Source: Erysipelotrichaceae bacterium (GTDB lineage Bacteria > Bacillota_I > Bacilli_A > Erysipelotrichales > Erysipelotrichaceae). From it: DNA of 51,459 bases. The notes under the pieces were generated by a model that was given only the letters and a program-made list of their open reading frames with translations, made no database searches and was not told the origin of the DNA. The position numbers were made by a program, and so were the translations under genes. Where the stretch lies: NCBI GenBank assembly GCA_012516665.1, contig JAAYWN010000117.1:1-51459 (forward strand), in the 5' to 3' direction. Below, piece after piece: positions 19,947 through 29,651 of the stretch; the stretch's first letter is position 1, and each line of letters begins with the position of its first letter.

Positions 19947-20947
19947 GAAAGGTCGGGAAGATGCTGTTAGCAGCTTGTCTGTGCCTTCCTCTTTTCACGG
20001 CCTGTTCCCCCGCTAAGAGAACGATTGCATATTCAATCTATCCCATCGGCTGGCTGCTGAATGTGATCAGCGGCAATACACTTTCAACAGTGACGGTGCA
20101 GAGTGAAGAACAGCCAGCAGTTGTGCAGAGCGCTGTCCTGAAATCTAATTACAGAGATCTTCTGAAAAGCTCAAAAGCCTTTTTCCATATTGGGGGATTG
20201 GAACCGTATCTGTCAGTGATGGGGAAGACCATTTCCGACAGCGGTACAGATGAAGAGGATCTTTCCAGTATGAATGCGGTATACAATTTCAATCGCTACA
20301 GCGCAGTGATCGCAGATGGGGAAAAGAAATATATTGAATCTGCATACTATGAAGGAAAGGTATTTGACAATATTGATATGATGTCAAAAGATCTTTGTTT
20401 CTGGAATGATCCTATCTCGATGCTTTCAATGGCAAAGAATATCCGGGATTGGCTGCAGAAGACGTATCCAGCCAATGCGGACGTGTATCAGAATAATTAT
20501 CTGAAGCTGCAAACGGAACTGATCGACTTGGATTCTAAGTATCAGGAATATGGAGCTGCTCTTTCGCAGAAGAAGCAGATGATCTCATTTGTGACAGTGA
20601 CGGCAAGCTATGGATCTTGGCAGAAAACATATGGATTTCATGTCTATCCGCTTGTTTTATCAAAGTATGGCGTACTGCCGAATGAACAGCAGCTTGCGGC
20701 AATTGAGGCAAGGATCAAAAAAGACGGCGTGAAATATATTGTTTATGAATCCAATCTGAATGAGGAGATGAGCGCACTGTTCTATCGCGTAGCAAATGAT
20801 CTTGGCCTGAGCAGAGTAGACCTTTCCAATCTCAGTGCACTTTCTATATCACAGACAGAAAGCGGCAAGGATTATCTTTCTATCATGTATGAAAATCTGG
20901 CGGGGCTGCAGACAATGAAAGCAAGTGCGATCCCGGTAAGCAAATAG
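19943..20947 (+). CDS. ZnuA/TroA-fold (cluster A-I) solute-binding lipoprotein with a degenerate metal site
   Basis: Lipobox FTAC. Scaffold motifs SIYPI, GLEP, D..xWNDP, YPANADVYQNN, IKKDGVKYIVYE and DYLSIMYENL are present; the canonical His ligands are absent. Confidence 0.75.
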   Translation: MRKVGKMLLAACLCLPLFTACSPAKRTIAYSIYPIGWLLNVISGNTLSTVTVQSEEQPAVVQSAVLKSNYRDLLKSSKAFFHIGGLEPYLSVMGKTISDSGTDEEDLSSMNAVYNFNRYSAVIADGEKKYIESAYYEGKVFDNIDMMSKDLCFWNDPISMLSMAKNIRDWLQKTYPANADVYQNNYLKLQTELIDLDSKYQEYGAALSQKKQMISFVTVTASYGSWQKTYGFHVYPLVLSKYGVLPNEQQLAAIEARIKKDGVKYIVYESNLNEEMSALFYRVANDLGLSRVDLSNLSALSISQTESGKDYLSIMYENLAGLQTMKASAIPVSK

Positions 20948-20955
20948 GAGGCAGA

Positions 20956-23577
20956 ATGAAAAAGTTCTTATTAGTTGATGGCAACAGCATGCTTTTCCGT
21001 GCATATTACGCAACTGCATATGGCAGGCCGATGACAACATCAAAGGGCATTCCGACAAATGCGGTCTATGGTTTTATCACGATGTTCCAGAAGGCTGTGG
21101 AGATTGTGAAACCGGAAGCGGTATTAGTCGCTTTTGACGCTGGAAAGCATACCTTTCGCCATGAGCTTTATGCGGATTATAAGGGCGGCAGAAAACCAGC
21201 ACCGGATGATCTGGTGCCGCAGTTCTCACTGGTCAGAGATTTCTGCGATGCGGCTGGCGTGAAGTGGGCAGAAATGCCTGATATAGAAGCAGATGATCTG
21301 ATTGGGACAGCATCCAAGAATGCCCCTGATTATGAGACATACATTCTGACTAGCGATCATGATATGCTGCAGCTGGCAGATGACAGTACGACCGTTCTTC
21401 TGATGAAGAAAGGAATCACGGAGATGGATGCGATGACCCCGGAAAAGATCTGCAGCGATTATCGTATTGAACCGATGCAGATCATTGATCTCAAGGGGCT
21501 GATGGGCGATGCCAGCGACAATTATCCTGGTATACCGGGAGTCGGTGAAAAGACAGCTGTAAAACTGCTGGAACAGTATGGCAGTGTTGAAGAAGTGCTG
21601 GCACATGATACGGAGATCAAGGGTGCTTTAGGGAAGAAAGTACAGGCGAATCATGACAATGCTCTGCTGTCTAAAAAACTAGCGTCGATCCGACGTGATG
21701 TTCCATTGGCACTCACTACAGAAGACTGCATCTATACCTGCGACTATGCAGGCATGATCAGGTATCTGCATTCTTTGGATATGAATGCTTTAGCAAATAA
21801 GTATCAGGAACTGTGTTCTTCGTCTGCTGTTTCTTCAGAAGCAGACGAGGAGGCGAAGCCTTCTGTTTCTTTTCATAGAACAGAAAAGATCCCAGCTTCT
21901 TTTCAGCAGGATGAAACGGTGATCTTTTTAGATGAAGATCAGGGATCATTTTCACATGCATCGATCCATGGCTTCGGTGTCTGCAGCAAAGAAGGAACTG
22001 TATATATTTCCTTTGAAGATATGATGAAGGACAGTGAATTCCTTTCTTATCTGCAGAAGGAAGAACCTCATAAGATCGGCTACGATATCAAGCGGGCGAT
22101 GCATCTGCTGAAGCGTGCAGGCATGAATATATGCTTTCATGATGATGCAATGATCTTGGCTTCTTTAGCAGACAGTACGCTGACCAGCACCAGCAAGATC
22201 ATGGAACATTACAGCCTGAGCACGGATGTATCTTTTGAAGATGTCTATGGCAAAGCAAATAAGCCGGTCCTGTTCATTGATGAAGAAAAACAATGTGCAT
22301 ATGCATGTGCCAATGCATGCAATGTCAGGAAATTGTATGATATGACGATTGCGAAGATTGCCGAATATCATATGACGGATCTATACCGGAAGATTGAAAT
22401 GCCATTGAGCGTGATCCTGTATGAAATGGAACAGGAAGGCATTGCATGTGACATCAAAGTACTGAATCGTATTGCCTGTGAAACGAGAGAGAAGATCGAT
22501 GCGCTGCAAGAGCAGATCTACAAAGAAGCAGGCAGGGAATTCAATATCAATTCGACCAAGCAGCTTGGCGATGTCCTGTATGATGACTTGGCACTGCCGA
22601 GCGGAAAGAAAAGAAGTACCGCAGCAGATAAGCTTGAGAAGCTGGTCGGCATTCATCCGATCATTGAAGAGATCTTGGAATACCGCAAGCTCTCAAAGAT
22701 CTACAGTACGTATGCGGAAGGCCTGAAAAAATATATAGAAAAAGATGGGCGTATCCATACGATCTACAATCAATGCGCGACCCAGACCGGAAGGCTTTCT
22801 TCTTCGGAACCGAATCTGCAGAACATCAGTGTGCGCGATGAGCAGGGAAGAGAGATCCGCAAAGCTTTTTTGGCGGATCCGGGATGTGTACTGATCTCTT
22901 CTGATTACCATCAGATCGAACTGCGTATGCTGGCACATATGGCAGATGAACCAGGCCTGATCGATGCCTTTAACAGCGGCATTGATGTGCATACAAAGAC
23001 TGCGATGGACGTCTTCGGTGTGAAGATGGAAGATGTAACACCGTTGATGAGACGGCGCGCGAAAGTGGTGAATTTTGGTATCGTCTACGGCATTTCTGAC
23101 TTTGGACTGGCGCAGCAGTTAGGGACAACGCGAGCAGAAGCAAAGCAGTTCATTGATACGTATTATGAAAAATATCCTGGCATCCGCAGATACATGGATG
23201 GCATCGTGGAAGAGTGTCAGAAGAATGGCTATGTCACAACGATCTGCGGCAGACGAAGAGATATTCCGGAGATCCATGATAAGAATCATATGGTCCAGGA
23301 ATTCGGCAAACGGGCGGCAATGAATGCACCTATCCAAGGATCGGCAGCAGATCTGATCAAGATCGCTATGATCCATATTCATGAGGCGATGAAGAAAGCA
23401 GGCGTCAGATCAAAGATGATCCTGCAGGTGCATGATGAACTGATCTTCAATGTGCCGGAAGATGAAATTGAGATCATGAAAAAACTGATCGATGATGGCA
23501 TGAGCAATGCGATGAGCCTGCGTGTTCCGCTGACCGCAGAATGTTCCATTGGCCGCGATTGGTATGAGGCAAAGTAA
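20956..23577 (+). CDS. polA: DNA polymerase I
   Basis: LVDGNS, EADD, GDASDNYPG, TGRLSSSEPNLQNI, DYHQIELR, KVVNFGIVYG, QVHDEL. Confidence 0.98.
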   Translation: MKKFLLVDGNSMLFRAYYATAYGRPMTTSKGIPTNAVYGFITMFQKAVEIVKPEAVLVAFDAGKHTFRHELYADYKGGRKPAPDDLVPQFSLVRDFCDAAGVKWAEMPDIEADDLIGTASKNAPDYETYILTSDHDMLQLADDSTTVLLMKKGITEMDAMTPEKICSDYRIEPMQIIDLKGLMGDASDNYPGIPGVGEKTAVKLLEQYGSVEEVLAHDTEIKGALGKKVQANHDNALLSKKLASIRRDVPLALTTEDCIYTCDYAGMIRYLHSLDMNALANKYQELCSSSAVSSEADEEAKPSVSFHRTEKIPASFQQDETVIFLDEDQGSFSHASIHGFGVCSKEGTVYISFEDMMKDSEFLSYLQKEEPHKIGYDIKRAMHLLKRAGMNICFHDDAMILASLADSTLTSTSKIMEHYSLSTDVSFEDVYGKANKPVLFIDEEKQCAYACANACNVRKLYDMTIAKIAEYHMTDLYRKIEMPLSVILYEMEQEGIACDIKVLNRIACETREKIDALQEQIYKEAGREFNINSTKQLGDVLYDDLALPSGKKRSTAADKLEKLVGIHPIIEEILEYRKLSKIYSTYAEGLKKYIEKDGRIHTIYNQCATQTGRLSSSEPNLQNISVRDEQGREIRKAFLADPGCVLISSDYHQIELRMLAHMADEPGLIDAFNSGIDVHTKTAMDVFGVKMEDVTPLMRRRAKVVNFGIVYGISDFGLAQQLGTTRAEAKQFIDTYYEKYPGIRRYMDGIVEECQKNGYVTTICGRRRDIPEIHDKNHMVQEFGKRAAMNAPIQGSAADLIKIAMIHIHEAMKKAGVRSKMILQVHDELIFNVPEDEIEIMKKLIDDGMSNAMSLRVPLTAECSIGRDWYEAK

Positions 23578-24383
23578 TGCCTGAACTTCCGGAAGTAGAA
23601 ACGGTCGTACGGACTCTGGAAAAACAGATCGGCGGATGCACTGTTACAAAGGTCCAGGTGCGCTATGATCCTATCATTGTCGGCGATGCACGAAAGTTTG
23701 AAGAACAGATGCGCGGACAGACATTCTGCGGATTTGAAAGAAGAGGAAAATATCTGATCTTTCGCATGAGCGATCTGACGCTTGTCTCTCATCTTAGAAT
23801 GGAAGGCAAATATTATATTCAGCCGCCCAGCGCAGAGATCACGAAGCATATGCATGTGATCTTTGATCTGAACAATGGTATGCAGTTAAGGTACAATGAT
23901 ACTAGAAAGTTCGGCCGCATGGAGATCTTAGCAAAGGATCATGACTTCAGTCATTATAAAGATCTCGGCCCAGAACCTTTTGATCAGGCCTTCAATGTTT
24001 CTTATGTGCATGCTTTCCGAAAGGGGAAAAAGACACCGCTGAAAAGTCTGCTGCTGGATCAGAGCTTCGTTGCAGGAATCGGAAATATCTATGCGGATGA
24101 GATCTTAGCAGCATGCCATCTGCGGCCAGGAAGATCCTGCGCCAGCATCACCAAAAAAGACGAAGAGCATATCGTCAATGAAACGCAAAGGATCCTGAAA
24201 GCTGCCATTGCAGCGGGCGGTACAACGATACGCTCCTATACGTCGTCTTTGGGAGTCACCGGCAGATTTCAGACATCCTGTACCGTGCATATGCAGAAGA
24301 TCTGTGCAAGATGCGGCGGCGAGATCAAGGTGAAGTATATCGGCGGCAGAAGTTCCTACTACTGTCCGCACTGTCAGCATTAA
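23577..24383 (+). CDS. mutM: Formamidopyrimidine-DNA glycosylase
   Basis: MPELPEVET, RRGKY, HLRMEG, GIGNIYADE and a C-terminal CxxC...CxxC zinc finger. Confidence 0.97.
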   Translation: MPELPEVETVVRTLEKQIGGCTVTKVQVRYDPIIVGDARKFEEQMRGQTFCGFERRGKYLIFRMSDLTLVSHLRMEGKYYIQPPSAEITKHMHVIFDLNNGMQLRYNDTRKFGRMEILAKDHDFSHYKDLGPEPFDQAFNVSYVHAFRKGKKTPLKSLLLDQSFVAGIGNIYADEILAACHLRPGRSCASITKKDEEHIVNETQRILKAAIAAGGTTIRSYTSSLGVTGRFQTSCTVHMQKICARCGGEIKVKYIGGRSSYYCPHCQH

Positions 24384-24398
24384 TGTGAAAGGAAAGCC

Positions 24399-25010
24399 AT
24401 GAAGAAAATTGGCATTACAGGAACGATTGCATCAGGAAAGACATCTGTCTCACTTATTTTGCGGCATCATGGCATGCCGGTATTCAATGCGGATGGCTGC
24501 AGCAGAATGGCTCTGCATTCCGGAAATGTCTGCTATGGACCTCTGGTTCAGATATTGGGGCAGGGTGTTCTGCAGGCAGATCGTGATATTGATCCGCATG
24601 CAATGGCGGAAATCATCTTTGCGGATGAGGATAAAAGAAAAGCTGTCAATGCGATTGTTCATCCTTTTGTCAGAGATTGTCTGCATCGTTTCTTTCATAC
24701 GCAGGCTGAACAGAAACTCGTTTTTGCAGAGGTTCCTCTTCTGTTTGAGGCACATTGGGAAAATGAATTTGATATGATCTGCACGGTATCGTGCTCAAAG
24801 AAAACAGCGGTGGAACGTATGATGCACGATCGCAGCTATACGGAACAAGAAGCAGAACAGAGATACAGAGCGGCAGTAAATGAAGATTTGCAGAAACAGA
24901 AAGCAGATAAGGTCATTGTCAATGACGGCGATCGCGCGGCATTGGAAAATCAGGTCAATCAATGGCTCAGAGAGCTGAGAAAGGAGTGCCGGCATGGAGA
25001 TCAAAGATGA
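24399..25010 (+). CDS. coaE: Dephospho-CoA kinase
   Basis: IGITGTIASGKT, IVHP, EVPLLFE; conserved polA-mutM-coaE context. Confidence 0.95.
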   Translation: MKKIGITGTIASGKTSVSLILRHHGMPVFNADGCSRMALHSGNVCYGPLVQILGQGVLQADRDIDPHAMAEIIFADEDKRKAVNAIVHPFVRDCLHRFFHTQAEQKLVFAEVPLLFEAHWENEFDMICTVSCSKKTAVERMMHDRSYTEQEAEQRYRAAVNEDLQKQKADKVIVNDGDRAALENQVNQWLRELRKECRHGDQR

Positions 25011-26211
25011 AGATGAATACTGTTCGCAGTGCATGCATGGCATTTCGCAGGAAGCGCTCCGTACGCTCATGACGCTGTATCAGCCATTGGTTGGAAGTGA
25101 TGCCGTACTGGTCTATCTTACCTTAGCTGCGGAAGCTGAGAGCACGCATGGGCGGGATTCTTTTCAGCGCATCTTTGCGCTGACGGGGATACCGGCAGCA
25201 ACTTTTGCGAAAGCCTGTGCGAAGCTGGAAGAATATATGCTTCTGCGCACATATAAAAAAGAAGATGAAAGCCACAGCAGCTATATCTTTCTGCTGAATC
25301 TTCCTTTAAGTGCCAAGGATTTTTCAACAAATGGTTTTTATATATCCCGATATCAGAAAATCATGGGACAGGGGCAGACGGAAGTATCACTGACCAAAGC
25401 AATGGGCGGTACAGTATCGCTGCAGGGATATAAAGATGTGACGCACGCAATTAAAAATCTGAAGACAGAAGACTACGATCGCACTATTGCCTATGCGGAA
25501 GTGAAGCCTCAGTATGTATTCAGTTCAGAGGATGCTGCAATCAATTTTGACTATGAACGTTTCTTGGCGAAATGTACAGCACTTGTCTTTCCCATTGAAC
25601 TGCGCAGTCAGGATAACATGGCACTGATCGGAAGATTGGCGACCGTTTATGGATTGTCACCGGAAAGAATGATCATCCTTACAAAGGAGTGCGTTCATCT
25701 GAGCACGATGGAATTTGACAGCGAGAAGCTGAAGATCAAAGCAGCCCGAGCAGAGTCTGATGCGGTGACAGGCAATGATCCTTATGAGATCTCACCGGTC
25801 TCTTTCCTGCAGTCAAAGCAGAATGGCGTTCCGGTATCCTATACGGATAAGAAACTGGTCGAACGTCTGAGCACGGAAATGCATTTTTCAAATACGGTGA
25901 TCAATATTATGCTGGAATATATTCTGAAGGTATCGCAGAATCGCCTGAGCCCGAAGTTTGTGGATATGGTCGCTGGTGAATGGGCAAGAGATGGTATTGC
26001 AACAAAGGAACAGGCATTGCTGGAAACAAAGAAGCAGCTGAAGATGGTCAGTCGGAATCGTGCTCATGTGAAGATTGAAATGCCGGAGTATATGAAGAAA
26101 CAGAAGGCCGAAGGGATCAAAGAAGATCCGCAGGCAAGTCAAGAGCAGATTGAACAGCTGAAGGAAATGCAGAAGAAGATAAAGGAACGGAACAAGTATG
26201 GAAAAGGCTGA
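24994..26211 (+). CDS. dnaB: Firmicute replication initiation and membrane attachment protein DnaB (helicase loader, DnaD-domain family)
   Basis: LYQPLVGSDAVLVY, LEEYMLL, VINIMLEY...AGEWAR.GI; lies between coaE and dnaI. Confidence 0.8.
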   Translation: MEIKDEDEYCSQCMHGISQEALRTLMTLYQPLVGSDAVLVYLTLAAEAESTHGRDSFQRIFALTGIPAATFAKACAKLEEYMLLRTYKKEDESHSSYIFLLNLPLSAKDFSTNGFYISRYQKIMGQGQTEVSLTKAMGGTVSLQGYKDVTHAIKNLKTEDYDRTIAYAEVKPQYVFSSEDAAINFDYERFLAKCTALVFPIELRSQDNMALIGRLATVYGLSPERMIILTKECVHLSTMEFDSEKLKIKAARAESDAVTGNDPYEISPVSFLQSKQNGVPVSYTDKKLVERLSTEMHFSNTVINIMLEYILKVSQNRLSPKFVDMVAGEWARDGIATKEQALLETKKQLKMVSRNRAHVKIEMPEYMKKQKAEGIKEDPQASQEQIEQLKEMQKKIKERNKYGKG

Positions 26212-27112
26212 TTTTACAATTCATTTTTCACCGGAGAAAACGGCGGAAATGGTGAAGGACACGAAGGCACTTGTCCAGTCGCTGAAGCAGGATCCGCAGA
26301 TCCATTCTTTAATTGAGCGCGGAGATATTGATGCTTCATGTATTGAAAAGTATCCTTGGACGCTGCATGCTTGGCTGAATGAATTTGAACCATGCATCGG
26401 ATGCCGCGGATTGACTTTCTGCAGGCAGAAGACAGCTGGTTATTTTTCAAGCATACATGAAGATGGCATGCTGAAAAAATCAATGAAGGCATGCAAGTAT
26501 ATGCGAAAGCAGCTTGAAGCCGAAGCACATATGAAGAACTATGCTTCGGATGATCTGCCGAAGAATATGCGTACCGTATCGCTGGCCGATATTGATATCA
26601 CCAAGGAATCGCAGGAATATGCCAAGGTGCTGACAAAAGTCCTGCAGTGCAGTGAAGCTTATGGCAGTATGTACCTGTATGGCAATATGGGAACGGGCAA
26701 GACATATCTTGCGGCAGGGGCATGCAATGATCATGCACGGAATAATGAACATGTTGCTTTTATCCACTATCCTTCTTTCTGCATGCGGATGGCCAGCATG
26801 GTCATGAACAATGAATATCGCAGTGAATTGGAACGGCTGAAGGCAGTGAAATTTCTGGTCATTGATGATATCGGCGCGGAGAGCGTCACCGCATGGAACC
26901 GAGATTCGATCCTGCTTCCGCTTCTGAATGCACGGTATGACGCTTCCTTGGCAACTTGGTTCACATCCAACTGCGATCTGGATTCTTTAAAAATACATCT
27001 GACTTTTTCAGCTAAAGGAAGTGAAGATGAGCTCAAGGCAGAACGTATCTTGGAGAGAATCGGAACGATGTGTGAAATTGAAGCGCTTACGGGAAAAGAT
27101 CGTCGGAAATAG
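26198..27112 (+). CDS. dnaI: Primosomal helicase loader ATPase DnaI
   Basis: N-terminal Cys cluster CIGC...C...C, Walker A GNMGTGKT, Walker B LVIDDIGAE, TSN, GKDRR. Confidence 0.9.
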   Translation: MEKADFTIHFSPEKTAEMVKDTKALVQSLKQDPQIHSLIERGDIDASCIEKYPWTLHAWLNEFEPCIGCRGLTFCRQKTAGYFSSIHEDGMLKKSMKACKYMRKQLEAEAHMKNYASDDLPKNMRTVSLADIDITKESQEYAKVLTKVLQCSEAYGSMYLYGNMGTGKTYLAAGACNDHARNNEHVAFIHYPSFCMRMASMVMNNEYRSELERLKAVKFLVIDDIGAESVTAWNRDSILLPLLNARYDASLATWFTSNCDLDSLKIHLTFSAKGSEDELKAERILERIGTMCEIEALTGKDRRK

Positions 27113-27152
27113 TTTGAAATTTCTTTCAAATAGAACTGCATAATGATAAAAT
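27113..27152 (+). promoter_or_regulatory. pfkA-pyk promoter with an overlapping palindromic operator
   Basis: TTTGAAA-TTTC-TTTCAAA (27113-27130) and extended -10 TGaTAAAAT (27144-27152). Confidence 0.55.
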
Positions 27153-27175
27153 AAGGCTGAATTGGAGGCATGGGT

Positions 27176-28138
27176 ATGGTGAGGAAAATTGGTGTTCTTA
27201 CGTCCGGCGGAGATGCGCCTGGAATGAATGCGGCCATCCGCTCTGTAACAAGAATTGCATTGAATAATGGCGTCGAGGTTGTGGGCGTACGGGATGGATA
27301 TCGCGGACTTTTGGACGCAAACTTCCAGCCTATGTCGCGTACAGATGTATCGGATATTCTGGATCGGGGCGGCACAAAGCTTGGTTCGGCCCGTCTGCCT
27401 GAGTTCAAAGAAGAAGAGACACAGGATACATGCATTAAGAATCTGAAGAATGCAGGGATAGATGCACTTGTTGTCATTGGTGGAGATGGTTCCTACCGCG
27501 GTGCACTTGCCATGACAAAGAAGGGAATCAACTGCATTGGTCTGCCAGGCACCATTGATAATGATATTCCCGGCACAGACTTTACCATCGGTTTTGATAC
27601 CGCATTGCATACCTGTGTTGAAAACGTTGATAAATTAAGAGACACTTCGAGTTCACATCATCGCTGTTCCATTGTTGAGGTCATGGGCAATCACTGCGGT
27701 GATCTGGCTTTATATACAGCTATCAGCTGCGGAGCAGAAATGGTCATTTCTCCGGAGACTGGCTATGATGAATTGGAAGTATTGGAAAAGCTGCGTTATC
27801 TGAGCGATGCTGTAAAGAAGAACCATGCCATTGTGATCATTTCAGAGAAGATCTGTGATGTGGATGCTTTGGCAAAGAAGGTATCTTTGCACACGAACTT
27901 CAGTGGAAGAGCGACCGTATTAGGTCATATACAGAGAGGCGGATCACCGACACCGACAGACCGTATGCTGGCGTCCCGCATGGGCGAGAAGGCAGTGGAT
28001 CTGCTGATGGAGGGCATTGGCGGTCATTGTGTCGGTATCATTGACAATGAGATCACATCAATGCCGATCAATGAAGCATTGGAAAGACCTCGTCAGAATC
28101 GCAAACAGCTGTATCGCTTATTTGATCGCTTAGTATAA
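27176..28138 (+). CDS. pfkA: ATP-dependent 6-phosphofructokinase
   Basis: VLTSGGDAPGMNAAIR, IGGDGS, PGTIDND, EVMG, LGHIQRGG. ATG 27176 fits the spacing from GGAGG. Confidence 0.97.
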   Translation: MVRKIGVLTSGGDAPGMNAAIRSVTRIALNNGVEVVGVRDGYRGLLDANFQPMSRTDVSDILDRGGTKLGSARLPEFKEEETQDTCIKNLKNAGIDALVVIGGDGSYRGALAMTKKGINCIGLPGTIDNDIPGTDFTIGFDTALHTCVENVDKLRDTSSSHHRCSIVEVMGNHCGDLALYTAISCGAEMVISPETGYDELEVLEKLRYLSDAVKKNHAIVIISEKICDVDALAKKVSLHTNFSGRATVLGHIQRGGSPTPTDRMLASRMGEKAVDLLMEGIGGHCVGIIDNEITSMPINEALERPRQNRKQLYRLFDRLV

Positions 28139-28161
28139 CAAGGAGAAAAGGGAAAATACGT

Positions 28162-29595
28162 ATGACGAATGCACATTTATTTAAGAGAACTAAAGTAGTC
28201 TGCACAATCGGACCAGCGTCTGAAAATGAGGAGACCTTGACAAAACTGGCGGAAGCAGGCATGAACATTGCCCGCTTGAACTTCAGCCATGGCACACATG
28301 AGGAACATGGCAAGAGAGTCAAGATGATCCGTCATGTATCAGAGACAACAGGTATTAATCTAGCGATTGCTTTGGATACCAAAGGACCGGAGATCCGTTT
28401 AGGAAACTTCAAGAATGATACAGAAGAATATAAGATCGGTGAGATCGTTTATCTGGAAAAGGCCGATATTGAAGGAACACATGAGAGATTCCATATTCAA
28501 GTCCCAGAGCTGTTTGAAGATCTGAAGCAGGGAAACTGCATCCTGATCAATGATGGCAAGATGAAGCTTACGGTTCTTGAAAATGATGGCAAAGAAATGA
28601 AGTGCAGAGTTGAGGTTGCAGGACCGATCTCTTCACATAAGGGATGCAATGTGCCAGGGGTCAAGCTTTCAATGCCATTCCTGTCTGAGAAGGATGAAGC
28701 AGATATTCGTTTTGGCTGCAAGCAGAATGTAGATTTCATCTTTGCTTCCTTTACCAGAAGAGCTTCGGATATCAATTCGATCCGCAAGCTCTGCATTGAA
28801 GAAGGAAAACCTAGGATCAATATTATTGCCAAGATTGAAAACCAGGAAGGCTATGACAATGTCGATTCCATTCTGGAAGCTGCTGACGGTGTCATGGTAG
28901 CCCGCGGCGATCTTGGTGTTGAGATTCCAACGATGCTGGTACCTGTTTATCAGAAGCATATCATCCATCAGGCGAATATTTATGGCAAGCCAGTCATTAC
29001 GGCTACGCATATGCTGGATTCTATGACGCACAATCCGCGCTGCACAAGAGCAGAAGCTTCTGATGTCTGCAACGCAGTCTTGGATGGTTCGGATGGCGTG
29101 ATGCTGAGCGCTGAATCGGCTGCCGGTGATTATCCAGTTGAATCCTGCGAGACCATGAGCGAGATCGCTGAGGAAGCAGAAAAGATCCTTCCATACAGAG
29201 ATCGTTTGGATTGGCTCAAGACAACATCTAACAAGACCGTTCAGGATGCAGTATCAATTGCTATTTCAGATGCAACACTGACACTGGATAACATCGGTGC
29301 AATTGTTGTCTTCACACAGGGAGGCACAACGGCACGCCGTATTTCAAAGTTCAGACCAAAGGCTCCGATCCTTGCGGTAACCTTTACAAAGGATACACAG
29401 CGCAAGCTGGAGAGCTATTGGGGCGTGATGCCGATTGTCAGCGATGTACAGAATCAGATGACCAATGATGATGATCTGGCTACATTGTTTGCTAAGGATT
29501 ACGGTGTCAAGAAGGGGCAGCTGATCATTATCTCTGCCGGCTATCCGACCGGTGAAGGCTCTGCCAACATGATGAAGATCATTGAAGTCAAGTAA
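28162..29595 (+). CDS. pyk: Pyruvate kinase
   Basis: TKVVCTIGPAS, RLNFSHG, DTKGPEIR, KIEN, MVARGDLGVE, TRAEASDV. Confidence 0.98.
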   Translation: MTNAHLFKRTKVVCTIGPASENEETLTKLAEAGMNIARLNFSHGTHEEHGKRVKMIRHVSETTGINLAIALDTKGPEIRLGNFKNDTEEYKIGEIVYLEKADIEGTHERFHIQVPELFEDLKQGNCILINDGKMKLTVLENDGKEMKCRVEVAGPISSHKGCNVPGVKLSMPFLSEKDEADIRFGCKQNVDFIFASFTRRASDINSIRKLCIEEGKPRINIIAKIENQEGYDNVDSILEAADGVMVARGDLGVEIPTMLVPVYQKHIIHQANIYGKPVITATHMLDSMTHNPRCTRAEASDVCNAVLDGSDGVMLSAESAAGDYPVESCETMSEIAEEAEKILPYRDRLDWLKTTSNKTVQDAVSIAISDATLTLDNIGAIVVFTQGGTTARRISKFRPKAPILAVTFTKDTQRKLESYWGVMPIVSDVQNQMTNDDDLATLFAKDYGVKKGQLIIISAGYPTGEGSANMMKIIEVK

Positions 29596-29651
29596 AGAGA
29601 AAGAATGTGTCGATAGGCACATTCTTTTTGCAAAGAAAAGAGGAGGCATAT

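Noticed and set aside
26767-27610. 236 aa and 200 aa antisense ORFs over dnaI/pfkA
   Set aside because: They overlap two well-supported genes and show no coherent domain signature.
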